DNA of 64,000 bases from Candidatus Caldarchaeum sp. (lineage in GTDB: Archaea > Thermoproteota > Nitrososphaeria_A > Caldarchaeales > Caldarchaeaceae). This document shows, one piece after another, positions 9,529-18,368 of this stretch. Location of the stretch: contig JAVYLK010000001.1 in assembly GCA_038740895.1 (NCBI GenBank), positions 105,490 to 169,489 of the forward strand, given 5' to 3'. The notes beneath the pieces were generated by a model. That model was given only the letters and a program-made list of their open reading frames with translations. It was not told where the DNA came from and searched no databases. Within the stretch, counting starts at the first letter, position 1. Each line of letters begins with the position of its first letter. Position numbers and translations under genes: made by a program.

Positions 9529-11208
9529 CTAGCCATATCTAAACCTAACGCCCCGACCGTTCCATTCATGTCCGAACCTCACGGCGGCCGGCGGGCCGAT
9601 CACTCCGCACGTCCCGCACGCCACGCACGCAACATGGTCGAACTTCAGCACGCTCGACTGTATGTCCTTCAGCGTCATGTCGTAGACTTTCCCGTCAGAG
9701 TCCGAGCCCGCCTGCTTCAAGTTGAAGCGGTACATGTCTCTGAAGGACGCAAACACTCCCTTTTCATTAACCACGGTGTAGCAGTTAACCGGGCACAGCG
9801 GAACCCATGCCTTCCGGCTGTCGGCCGAGGCTATTTTAGAGTCCACCTGTATGTGGGCCCTCTCCCTGTCCTCGTGATAGTCAAGCAGGCCTGTCATCGC
9901 TTGAATGTTTTTAATGGCGTCCCCGTCCTGCTGGGCCGGGTTGTAGTTGGATGCCTTGACTTTTCTCCCCAGACCGAGCCTGAACATGGCGGACACGCTC
10001 GACGAGTAGAGGAACTTCCTCTCGAGAAGCATGCTGTTCGTCTTGGACTTTCGGATAAGGCTGTACAGAGGCTGCAACATATGCTTGTAAATCGAAAGGG
10101 TTTCGTCGCCGAAGCTCCCAGCTTTATCAGCATGCATGTAGGCTTGAGCTGCCAGAATGCCAGAGGCTATAGCCGGCCTCATGCCGTCTATCAGGGCGCC
10201 GATTTTGTAGAAGACGCCTAGGGAGTCTCCAGCCGCCAGGAATCCGGGGTAGTAGGGCTTCTCAGGAGCAACTTTATAGCCACGAGGTATGTTGTGAGCC
10301 GAGTACTCAGCTATCCTACAATTCTCAACTATCTGAGAGACGAAGGGATGGGCCTCCATCTCCCTCAAGATTTCGTAGGGCTTTCCGAGCTCGTTGAACC
10401 GGGTTGTGAAGACCGATATGGCTGAGGATAGGTCCATCACGACACCGACCGACAGGCTGTCGCTGTTCGGGTAGATGAAGCCACCGCCTACTATGCCGTG
10501 CATGAATGGCCCTAGCAGGTATACTGTCTTAAAGCCGTCTTCGAGCCTGAAGAACTCTTCGATTCTCTGAGAGTTGGTTTTGAAGACATGCTTCAAGCCG
10601 TGGTAAACTTGGTCCGGCTTAATCTGTCCTCGCATCCCCACCCTCTCAGGAAGCAGCGAGGTGACTCCGCTGCAGTCTATCACGAGGTTTGCGCGAAGTT
10701 CCTCGTCCTGTGTTCTCACACCCACGACCCTGCCGTCCTCAAACAGCAAGTCCTCGACGGTTTTCGAGGTTGCGAGTAAAGCACCTTCCTCCACGGCCCT
10801 CAGGGCCATCCACCGGTCGAACTTGGCTCTCAAGACTGTGTAGTCGTGCCCGCTCGAAGCGTTCAGCATCGTCAAACCCAGCCTGGTCGCCAACGACTTC
10901 TTGTCCCACTTGATCAAGCTGAAGCTAACCCCGTCGTTCTCCGACTTAGGCTGGCTGATTAGGTAAAGCTCATGCCCCGTGATCCTTCTCTCGACTGGAG
11001 CCTCCTGCTCGAATTCAGGAAGCAGGTCGATTAAGCCAAGCCCCTTTATGAATCCCCCGAACAAAACCCCGCCCGAAACATTCCTCTGGCCAGGAAGCTG
11101 GGCCTTCTCCAGCATGATGACGTCGTAGCCCTCCCTTGCAAGCGTTATTGCCGCCGCCGACCCCGCCGGCCCCGCGCCGACCACCACCACGTCAAACCTG
11201 TCAGCCAT
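9529..11208 (-). CDS. fixCX: Electron-transfer-flavoprotein:quinone oxidoreductase FixC fused to a ferredoxin-like FixX domain
   Basis: N-terminal FAD dinucleotide fold (DVVVVGAGPAGSAAAITLAREGYDVIMLEK). C-terminal 4Fe-4S ferredoxin-like Cys cluster (CVACGTCG...). 8-nt overlap with upstream ETF alpha. Confidence 0.8.
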   Translation of the reverse strand: MADRFDVVVVGAGPAGSAAAITLAREGYDVIMLEKAQLPGQRNVSGGVLFGGFIKGLGLIDLLPEFEQEAPVERRITGHELYLISQPKSENDGVSFSLIKWDKKSLATRLGLTMLNASSGHDYTVLRAKFDRWMALRAVEEGALLATSKTVEDLLFEDGRVVGVRTQDEELRANLVIDCSGVTSLLPERVGMRGQIKPDQVYHGLKHVFKTNSQRIEEFFRLEDGFKTVYLLGPFMHGIVGGGFIYPNSDSLSVGVVMDLSSAISVFTTRFNELGKPYEILREMEAHPFVSQIVENCRIAEYSAHNIPRGYKVAPEKPYYPGFLAAGDSLGVFYKIGALIDGMRPAIASGILAAQAYMHADKAGSFGDETLSIYKHMLQPLYSLIRKSKTNSMLLERKFLYSSSVSAMFRLGLGRKVKASNYNPAQQDGDAIKNIQAMTGLLDYHEDRERAHIQVDSKIASADSRKAWVPLCPVNCYTVVNEKGVFASFRDMYRFNLKQAGSDSDGKVYDMTLKDIQSSVLKFDHVACVACGTCGVIGPPAAVRFGHEWNGRGVRFRYG

Positions 11209-12295
11209 TAGCCACCCTCTCCACAGCTTCTATGATTCTAGGAAGAGCTTCGTAAAGATCTCCTCTGACTCCGTAGTGCGCTATGTCGAAGATCGGTGCC
11301 TTAGGGTCGTTGTTTATGGCAACGATCTTCTTAGACCTGATCATCCCCACCCTATGCTGGACGGAACCGCTTATCCCAACGGCTATGTACACCTCTGGAG
11401 AAACCGTCTTCCCAGTCTGGCCTACTTGTCTTTCAGACGTCACCAATCCCTGGAGCTCTTTAAGCTCAGAGTAGATTAGGGCTCGTGTAGCGCCCAGCTC
11501 GCAGTTAACCCCTAGCTTTGTGCTCACCAAGTCGACCAGGCTTTTTGCAAGACTGTATCCCTCCCGTGGGTTTCTCGGCTTACCTTTTCCGTCCTTCAGT
11601 ATTCCCAGACCTATGCTGACCACAACCCTGGCCCCCTCCAAGTCGACTTCACTCTTCGGAAGCCTCCTCTCCTCGACCACTTCCACGACGAAGTCTTCAG
11701 GTACAGGCTTAGGATGGTACCTCACCACCTCTCCTTTCCTGCTTCTGTCTTCCTGAAGAGGTTCGAAGTTTCCGGGCCTGATGCTGGCTATTTGGGGCCT
11801 GTGTCTCGGTGTGAAGATCTTAGCCACACGCGTTGCGAAGTCTGGCCTTATCTGTGCCAGCACGCTCTTGTAAGTTGTGTTGGTGGGGCCGAAGTAGTAG
11901 TCCTCTACCTCGAGGTTGATGTTGTCCGTGGCAAGCCCGGTGCCAAGCCTGTAGGCAACTCTCGGCGAAAGGTCTCTCCCCAACTCGTCTGCGACGAACA
12001 GAAGAGCGTAAGGCTTCTCCTTCTCAACCATCTCGCAGAGAACTCTAGTGTAGGGCAAGCAGGTGTAGTTTTTGAGCCAAGGCTCGTCCGCGTACACAAC
12101 CTTGTCTGCTCCTCTGGCAATCGCCTCATCTACCCCTGATTTCAAGTCGTATCCTATGATTGCAGCCACAACTTTGTGTCCAAGCTTGTCAGCCACCTTC
12201 CGTGCTGCGGCGATTATCTCCAGGCTCGGCCTAGTAAGACGGCCGTCCTCCATGACGCAGTAAGCCCAGACGTCCCTATACTGCTCTAGCGACAA
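11201..12295 (-). CDS. etfA: Electron transfer flavoprotein alpha subunit (FixB)
   Basis: 364 aa. C-terminal FAD-binding ETF-alpha domain (SPEVYIAVGISGSVQHRVGMIRSKKIVAINNDPKAPIF). Overlaps neighbouring genes at both ends, consistent with an operon. Confidence 0.85.
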   Translation of the reverse strand: MSLEQYRDVWAYCVMEDGRLTRPSLEIIAAARKVADKLGHKVVAAIIGYDLKSGVDEAIARGADKVVYADEPWLKNYTCLPYTRVLCEMVEKEKPYALLFVADELGRDLSPRVAYRLGTGLATDNINLEVEDYYFGPTNTTYKSVLAQIRPDFATRVAKIFTPRHRPQIASIRPGNFEPLQEDRSRKGEVVRYHPKPVPEDFVVEVVEERRLPKSEVDLEGARVVVSIGLGILKDGKGKPRNPREGYSLAKSLVDLVSTKLGVNCELGATRALIYSELKELQGLVTSERQVGQTGKTVSPEVYIAVGISGSVQHRVGMIRSKKIVAINNDPKAPIFDIAHYGVRGDLYEALPRIIEAVERVANG

Positions 12296-13508
12296 TTCTC
12301 AACCCTCCGAATATCTCCTCAACCAAGTCGTCGAGGCTGAAAATTCCAACAACCCCTTCATGCTTGAACTTGTTCAACAAATCTTCGGGAAGGCTGCTGG
12401 CAAGGTCTCCCTTGCTGAACGGCCCGTAGGTTTTGCCGTTGTGCTGAAACTTCTCCACGTCTCTCTTAAAGACCAAGGTCTCGTCTACAAACTTCTGAGT
12501 AGGAGGCTTGCCCACCTCGTATCCGGGACCGACTATGGTTGGTGATCCCATCAACCCGAGCTTGCTCGGGTCGGCTTTGATGTATTCGGCGTTCCAGACT
12601 CTTACCTCTGCAACTCTGCCGGCGTAGTTTTTCAGCCTAGCATTCTTCTGGAGGTTTGCGGCTGGGACTCGAGGCTCGTAGTGGCTGTCGATAGTGAGGA
12701 GGCAGGGAAAGGTTGTTCGGAGTTTTTGTAGAACGCTGCCAACCTTCCTCACAGCTATGACGTTCCCAGAGTCGGGTGAAACCTCGAAATCACGTACGAA
12801 TGCGATGCTGGGGATTGGTGTGCCGAGCATGCTGCTCAAAGCCTCGGCGGTCTGGGGCCCTGTGTTCCCGGTCTCGCCGTCGCTCGTCTTCATGCCTGTC
12901 AAGATGATGAACTTGTTGACTTCCCTACGATACTTTTCAAGCTCCAAGATAAATCCTTCAACGCTCAATCTTCCTTGTGAGAACCTGTTCACTAGGGTGT
13001 CCTTGACAGTAGGGAGCTTGGAGAAGATGTAGTTTGGAAGCAGGTTTTCCCTGTAAAGCTTCTCAGCTGTTTCTCTGACCAAGTCTACGTCATTCTTCTT
13101 AACGACTTCGACCAGCTTGTCAACAGCCTCCAAATGGTTTTCTACAATTTTCTTGATGCCGCATGCAAGAGTGTATGATGTAGCCCAAGTGTCTGCCCCC
13201 GCCATCCTACGGTCGCTCAGGATTACTCTCTCGTCAAAGCCTGTGAACGATATTCGGGGAACGTAGAAGCTCTCCTCCACAGGCTGAGCCAAGTCTTTCA
13301 TGACGGGCATGATCTTAGGCTCAGGCCCCATGCACACACCAATCGTCTTACCGCCGACTGTCTGCTTTACGTAGTGTGCTGCCTCGATGGCCTTTCCGTC
13401 GTGAGGGTTTAGAACGAGGTCCATCTCCTCCCTCCGGAGGACGCCTGAGACCGTTACGACGCTGGTCGTCTTCGCCGGCACTCCTTTGACAAGGCACACG
13501 ATCAACAT
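12276..13508 (-). CDS. etfB: Electron transfer flavoprotein beta subunit (FixA) with internal insertion and C-terminal extension
   Basis: N-terminal MLIVCLVKGVPAKTT... matches the ETF-beta AMP-binding fold. The GSPTIV motif is present, but the protein is 410 aa against the usual ~260. The extra length is a ~70-aa helical insertion plus a ~70-aa C-terminal tail. Confidence 0.75.
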   Translation of the reverse strand: MLIVCLVKGVPAKTTSVVTVSGVLRREEMDLVLNPHDGKAIEAAHYVKQTVGGKTIGVCMGPEPKIMPVMKDLAQPVEESFYVPRISFTGFDERVILSDRRMAGADTWATSYTLACGIKKIVENHLEAVDKLVEVVKKNDVDLVRETAEKLYRENLLPNYIFSKLPTVKDTLVNRFSQGRLSVEGFILELEKYRREVNKFIILTGMKTSDGETGNTGPQTAEALSSMLGTPIPSIAFVRDFEVSPDSGNVIAVRKVGSVLQKLRTTFPCLLTIDSHYEPRVPAANLQKNARLKNYAGRVAEVRVWNAEYIKADPSKLGLMGSPTIVGPGYEVGKPPTQKFVDETLVFKRDVEKFQHNGKTYGPFSKGDLASSLPEDLLNKFKHEGVVGIFSLDDLVEEIFGGLRIVARAV

Positions 13509-13540
13509 GAAGGCTCTTGATGTATGATGTTTAAGATTCT

Positions 13541-14914
13541 CTATTTAACTTGATTTTCTGAAATCATAATGAATGATTTGCTGTCGAGTATTATCTCTAT
13601 CTCTCCGTACTTGTTTCTTCGAACGTTTATGAATGCCATTCGCAGTCTGGCCCCTTCGTGAAGTGCGTCTATCCTCTCGGCGGCCAAACCCCATGCCGAG
13701 CAGCTGTATGTTTTTCCGGCGTTGTCAATCCACATGGTTAATATTTTTCTGGGGCCGAACCTCGTCTCAACCGTTGTCAGCGGAGTCTTTCTCACCAGCC
13801 TGCAGTCGACGAGCCCGTTGCAGACCCTTCCTTCAAATTCGTCCAACGTGTCTGAATAGGCTGGGGCCGGTCGGGTTTCATCCGTCCTTCTGGCTGATCT
13901 GCCGTAGGCTTGAGGTAGTCCACGTCGTTGAATGACGAAAGCCTTTTCAACAATAACATTTTTCTCAGAGACTTCGGGAAAAACAAGCCTCAGAATCCTA
14001 GACCCGTCGGTTGCAGCGAGAACCCCGTCGAAACACTTCCCGAGAACAGTAAGCGGGAACTCGTGGACGCTCTTGTCCAAAGCCCTCTTCAGAACATCCA
14101 CGTCAAAACCCACGACAGTTAAGAGGCTGTTCGACCCCGTGTGCAGCTCTCCATCCTTCAGGTTTACAGAAGCCGCCATCAACCTGGTTCCTTCCGCAAC
14201 ACCCGACAAAGAGTCGGCCCAATCTCTCCAAGCTGTCAACAACCACACGGCTTCACCGTCCGAAACCACGAGCTCCAACAACCTAGTCTCCTCCTCAACC
14301 GTCCTGACACCGGTGTTCAAAACAACAACAGCTGAAACGTCGACAGTGCCACGCTCGTACGCACGACTCGCAGAAAGATTAAACCTCGAAAAATCCAGAG
14401 GAGGCAGCTTTGCATCATACTGCATCTTCTCTACCCTCGACTTGCTACTTGTATGGAGCACGACGCCGCTGCCCGTCCTGGGTGTGGAGACGTAGCCGTT
14501 CCAGACGGCCAAAACGTCGCCAACCGAAGCGCTCAGCTCGCCGGTCCAAACCATTACGTCGACGGCCCCCGTCCCGTCCCAGAGCCTCAGCCTCGAAAAA
14601 CTCTTGCCATCCTCAGTCGAAAACGTTCCACAGCCGAGGACTCTTCCCACAACGCTCACGTTCTTCAAACCAGGGGTAAGGTCTGAGATAGACGTAAACG
14701 AGTAGTCATGCTGGAGGCTTAGGCCAGCTTCTCCAGACAAACCCCTCTCCTCGAGCAAGATCAGAAGAGCCCCCAGCCTCGTCAGGAATGGTGAAGACTT
14801 TAGCTTGTCCTCGACTATTCTGTCGAGGTCCTGTTTGCTGAGGTCTTTACATGTTTGGAGGATCTTCTCCTCCAGCTCCTCCACACGCATCCGGCGGGAT
14901 GGTTTGTTGAACAC
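13541..14914 (-). CDS. Multi-OB-fold RPA-like single-stranded-DNA-binding protein (putative)
   Basis: 457 aa. At least three segments with the classic RPA OB pattern: VSVVGRVLGCGTFSTEDGKSFSRLRLWDGTGAVDVMVWT; VDVSAVVVLNTGVRTVEEETRLLELVVSDGEAVWLLTAW; ILTMWIDNAGKTYSCSAWGLAAERIDALHEGARLRMAFINV. No zinc ribbon. Confidence 0.45.
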   Translation of the reverse strand: MFNKPSRRMRVEELEEKILQTCKDLSKQDLDRIVEDKLKSSPFLTRLGALLILLEERGLSGEAGLSLQHDYSFTSISDLTPGLKNVSVVGRVLGCGTFSTEDGKSFSRLRLWDGTGAVDVMVWTGELSASVGDVLAVWNGYVSTPRTGSGVVLHTSSKSRVEKMQYDAKLPPLDFSRFNLSASRAYERGTVDVSAVVVLNTGVRTVEEETRLLELVVSDGEAVWLLTAWRDWADSLSGVAEGTRLMAASVNLKDGELHTGSNSLLTVVGFDVDVLKRALDKSVHEFPLTVLGKCFDGVLAATDGSRILRLVFPEVSEKNVIVEKAFVIQRRGLPQAYGRSARRTDETRPAPAYSDTLDEFEGRVCNGLVDCRLVRKTPLTTVETRFGPRKILTMWIDNAGKTYSCSAWGLAAERIDALHEGARLRMAFINVRRNKYGEIEIILDSKSFIMISENQVK

Positions 14915-14973
14915 AATTAAAACTTATATACAGTTTGAATCGAGTGGGCTCCGAGATGCACTTGGTGGATGGA

Positions 14974-15007
14974 GGTGGACGTCTTCCAGAAGGGTGGACG
15001 TCTTCCA
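14974..15007. repeat. Tandem direct repeat GGTGGACGTCTTCCA x2 (4-nt spacer), each unit containing the GACGTC palindrome
   Basis: Seen directly at 14974-14988 and 14993-15007, in the divergent intergenic region between the RPA-like gene and the hypothetical gene at 14994. Confidence 0.6.
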
Positions 15008-15782
15008 TCTAGGTTTGGCTGTTAAACCTTCAAACCTCCGAGGAGACAAGTTTCAAGCCCTAGAGGCGTTGTCGAAGCTTCTGAAAAAGCACGGTTATTC
15101 AGCGCTGGTCATAGACTCTGAAACCGCTGACCAAGACATCAAGCTTAGCGACTACGCAAGGCTTGTCCATCGGTGTGTCGAGTACTCTTTATGCACTCCT
15201 GTGCTGACGATTCCCGTGAGGAGGCATGATTTTCACTGCCGGCTGGAGGAGTTTATGAGCGTCCTGGATTCAACAGACGGCTGTGGTGTCTGCCTAGTGG
15301 CAGGGAACCGCGCTTACTTGGATGAAGACGAGAGACGAATCGCCGCAGGTCCTTTAGTGCTAAAGGCTTGTGAGATGGTTAGGAGAATACGGCGATGCTT
15401 GCTGATGGTCGGCACGGAGCGGATGGAAAAAACAGCCTCAAAAGCTGCCTGCATGTACGGCGCATCCCCTTTCATACTGCTAAACCCCGCACTCTCCGAA
15501 GAACTGGGAAGATACGACACGGCCGTGGGTGTCTACGCCCCGTTCTACATCGGCAACGAAATCGCCGAAGAGGCTCTGGACAGGATGAAGGCTTACGTCA
15601 CCAGACGAGCAGCGAGTACGAGCTTGGAAGAAGCGGTAAACCACTTTTGCCTCATGGGCGGACTTGACGAGGTATCGCAAAGAGTATCCCTGGCTTGTAA
15701 TGGGGTTAACCTTCTGGTGGGGTATCCTCTGGCCCTGGAGGAGCGGCAGATAGCCTTGTTCGCTATGCTTTCACGGGCTTGA
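14994..15782 (+). CDS. Hypothetical protein (start uncertain; in-frame GTG at 14994 chosen to avoid overlap with the divergent upstream gene)
   Basis: ORF track frame 14805..15782. The first 110 codons overlap the opposite-strand gene start, so a later GTG/TTG start is assumed. Cys-rich central part (CTPV, CGVC). No recognised domain. Adjacent to the gcv operon. Confidence 0.3.
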   Translation: MDVFHLGLAVKPSNLRGDKFQALEALSKLLKKHGYSALVIDSETADQDIKLSDYARLVHRCVEYSLCTPVLTIPVRRHDFHCRLEEFMSVLDSTDGCGVCLVAGNRAYLDEDERRIAAGPLVLKACEMVRRIRRCLLMVGTERMEKTASKAACMYGASPFILLNPALSEELGRYDTAVGVYAPFYIGNEIAEEALDRMKAYVTRRAASTSLEEAVNHFCLMGGLDEVSQRVSLACNGVNLLVGYPLALEERQIALFAMLSRA

Positions 15783-16857
15783 AGAGAGGCTGCTTCCTGA
15801 CAACCACCTTTTTCGTAGCGTTTCTGGCGAGTATGTACAACACCGTCCCCTCTGTATGAAGCTCCGCTGGAATCTCGCCTAAAGCTAGGCCCTTGCCGAC
15901 CGAAGGAATGTACCCGCCGCTGGTGACGACGCCCACACGTTTTCCTGAGCTGTCTAGGATGGGGTATCCCGCTCTCGGCACACCGGGTTCCATCGCCTCA
16001 AGAATGGCGATCGTCGAGGAAGGCTTCGCCCTCAGCTTCTCCTCCAGCTTTTTCTTCCCGACGAAGTCTTTCTTCTCAAGGTTTACAGCCCACATCAACC
16101 CAGCCTCTACAGGCGTCTTAGCCTCGTCGAAATCCTGATGTGCAAGTAGATAACCAGCTTCGAGCCTGCAAGCATCCCTGCATGCTAGCCCGCAAGGCTT
16201 CACGCCACCATCCACGAACATTCTCCAAAGACTGGAGTACAACACAGTTCCGCCGCAGGGGATCATAAGCTCGTAGCCGTCGCCTCCGGTGTAGCCGCTT
16301 CTCGTCAAAAGAACCTGACAGCCCCCGAACTCAAAAACTCCTCCTGCGAACCACTTTAGACCGCTGAAATCCCTGCCGAAGACTCTGGAGACGTGGTCGG
16401 ACGCTCTCGGGCCTTGCACTGCGAAGAAGGCGGATCTTTCAGTAAAGTCTTCGACATAAACGTCGGGGCCGGCGTGCTGCGCCACCCAGTCCAGCACCCT
16501 CTCCCGCGAGACGGCGTTAGAGACCATAACGTAGCTGTCTTCCTGGAGCTTGAAAACAGTCATGTCGTCGATTATGCCTGCATCCTCGTTGAGCATCAGC
16601 CCGTACTTCATCCTTCCCGGCTTGAGACGCTCCACATCTATCGTCAGGATTTTCTGCAGAAGAGTTGTTGAAGAAGAGCCCGCTATCTTTGTCCTAGTCA
16701 TGTGGCTTATGTCGAAAATCCCCGACGACTCTCTGACCGCTTTGTGCTCTTCTCTCAAGCTCGTGAAGGCGATTATCGTTCTCCAGCCCGCGAACTCCCC
16801 AACCTCGGCGGATGGGTAGTTTGATTGATAATACCTCAAAAGCGGTATCTCTTTCAC
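15763..16857 (-). CDS. gcvT: Glycine cleavage system T protein (aminomethyltransferase)
   Basis: 364 aa. Folate-binding aminomethyltransferase fold (SGIFDISHMTRTKIAG; GYTGGDGYEL). Overlaps gcvPB. Confidence 0.85.
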   Translation of the reverse strand: MKEIPLLRYYQSNYPSAEVGEFAGWRTIIAFTSLREEHKAVRESSGIFDISHMTRTKIAGSSSTTLLQKILTIDVERLKPGRMKYGLMLNEDAGIIDDMTVFKLQEDSYVMVSNAVSRERVLDWVAQHAGPDVYVEDFTERSAFFAVQGPRASDHVSRVFGRDFSGLKWFAGGVFEFGGCQVLLTRSGYTGGDGYELMIPCGGTVLYSSLWRMFVDGGVKPCGLACRDACRLEAGYLLAHQDFDEAKTPVEAGLMWAVNLEKKDFVGKKKLEEKLRAKPSSTIAILEAMEPGVPRAGYPILDSSGKRVGVVTSGGYIPSVGKGLALGEIPAELHTEGTVLYILARNATKKVVVRKQPLFKPVKA

Positions 16858-18368
16858 TTCAACCTACTCCGAAGAACCCTCCACGTAGGCGTTATAGTCA
16901 AGGGATGCGAGGCTTTGGCCTCGTCTATTCTACCTACCGGCGTGCTGTGAGGTGCTTTACGGACAAGCGTCGGATTTCTGTAGCACTCGTCAACCACCGA
17001 CTCGAAAGCTTGGATGAAGGCGTCCAGCTCTGCCTTAGACTCTGTCTCCGTCGGCTCTACCATAAAAGCCTCCTCCACTATCAGGGGGAAGTAGACGGTG
17101 GGAGCGTGAAAACCATAATCGATGAGGCGCTTAGCAGCCTCAAGGGCGCCCAAACCCGTATCCCTCCGAAGCTTCGCCAAGCTGACCACAAACTCGTGCT
17201 TGCGTGGTCTGGAAGAGTCGTAAGGGAGGCTCACCCCACGAACTCCCGCCAACCTAGAGAGCATGTAGTTTGAAGCCACGACGGCGTAGTTGGCCGCTCT
17301 CCTCAACCCCTCACCCCCCATCGCCAGAATGTATGCATAAGCCCTCACCAGGACGCCGAAGTTTCCGTGAAACATCTTGACAGGACCTATGCTGGCTTGA
17401 CCACCGTCCAGAAGCTCGTAGACGCCGTTGTGCTTCACGATTCTAGGCGGCGGAAGATATTTTGAAAGCTTGGAAACCACCCCAACAGGCCCAGCCCCCG
17501 GGCCTCCTCCGCCGTGTGGCGTTGAAAATGTTTTGTGGAGGTTGAGATGAACGATGTCGAACCCCATGTCGCCCGGCCTGACAACTCCCATTATGGCGTT
17601 CAGGTTGGCTCCGTCGTAGTACAGGAGTGAGTCGTTTGAATGAATAGTCTCGACTATTTTCTCGATTTCTTTCTCGAAGAGGCCCACGGTGTTGGGGTTT
17701 GTGAGCATGATGCCTGCCACGTCGCCGTCGACGATCTTCTCAAGCATCTCGAGGTCGACGCAGCCGTCCTGCCTCGTCTTCACAACCACCACTTCAAAAC
17801 CAGCCATTCCTGCGCTAGCTGGGTTGGTCCCGTGTGCAGAGTCGGGGATGATTATCTTCTGACGGGGCTTGCCTTCTTTCTCAGCGTGGTATGCTCTCAT
17901 GATGAGGCAGCCGACGAGCTCGCCGTGCGCCCCAGCTGCTGGTGCGAGGCAGAAGGCATCCATGCCTGTTATCTCCTTGAGGGCTGTTTCTAGGTTGTAC
18001 AGAAGCTCGAGGCATCCTTGGACTGTTTTCGGAGGCTGGAGGGGGTGTATGTTGGCTGATTCCTCCAGCCAGGCCAAGTGGTTGTTGACGACTGGGTTGT
18101 ACTTCATGGTGCAGCTGCCCAGGGGGTAGAAGGTTGTTGAAATGCTCATGTTCATCTGGCTCAGCCGCGTGTAGTGCCTCAACACTGAGGGCTCTGAAAG
18201 CTCAGGCAGAGGAAGGTCGCTCCGCAACAGATCCTCAGGAACGTCGTTTAGCCTCCTCCTTCCAACCTCCTCAATCTCCGTGTCTGTAGACGGTGGTGAA
18301 TACCCTCTAGCCCCCGGCTTCGAAAGCTCATAAACCAGCTTCTCATCCCAGCAAGCCTGCCTGAACAC
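16854..18368 (-). CDS. gcvPB: Glycine dehydrogenase (decarboxylating) subunit 2
   Basis: 504 aa. PLP-lysine region HLNLHKTFSTPHGGGGPGAGPVGV is characteristic of P-protein subunit 2. Confidence 0.9.
   Translation of the reverse strand: MFRQACWDEKLVYELSKPGARGYSPPSTDTEIEEVGRRRLNDVPEDLLRSDLPLPELSEPSVLRHYTRLSQMNMSISTTFYPLGSCTMKYNPVVNNHLAWLEESANIHPLQPPKTVQGCLELLYNLETALKEITGMDAFCLAPAAGAHGELVGCLIMRAYHAEKEGKPRQKIIIPDSAHGTNPASAGMAGFEVVVVKTRQDGCVDLEMLEKIVDGDVAGIMLTNPNTVGLFEKEIEKIVETIHSNDSLLYYDGANLNAIMGVVRPGDMGFDIVHLNLHKTFSTPHGGGGPGAGPVGVVSKLSKYLPPPRIVKHNGVYELLDGGQASIGPVKMFHGNFGVLVRAYAYILAMGGEGLRRAANYAVVASNYMLSRLAGVRGVSLPYDSSRPRKHEFVVSLAKLRRDTGLGALEAAKRLIDYGFHAPTVYFPLIVEEAFMVEPTETESKAELDAFIQAFESVVDECYRNPTLVRKAPHSTPVGRIDEAKASHPLTITPTWRVLRSRLK

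Noticed and set aside
9568-10221. 217-aa plus-strand ORF inside fixCX
   Set aside because: Arg/His-rich antisense frame of a well supported flavoprotein gene.
14805-14993. N-terminal 63 codons of the ORF-track reading 14805..15782
   Set aside because: Overlaps the start of the well supported divergent RPA-like gene. Ser-rich. An in-frame GTG at 14994 gives a non-overlapping gene.
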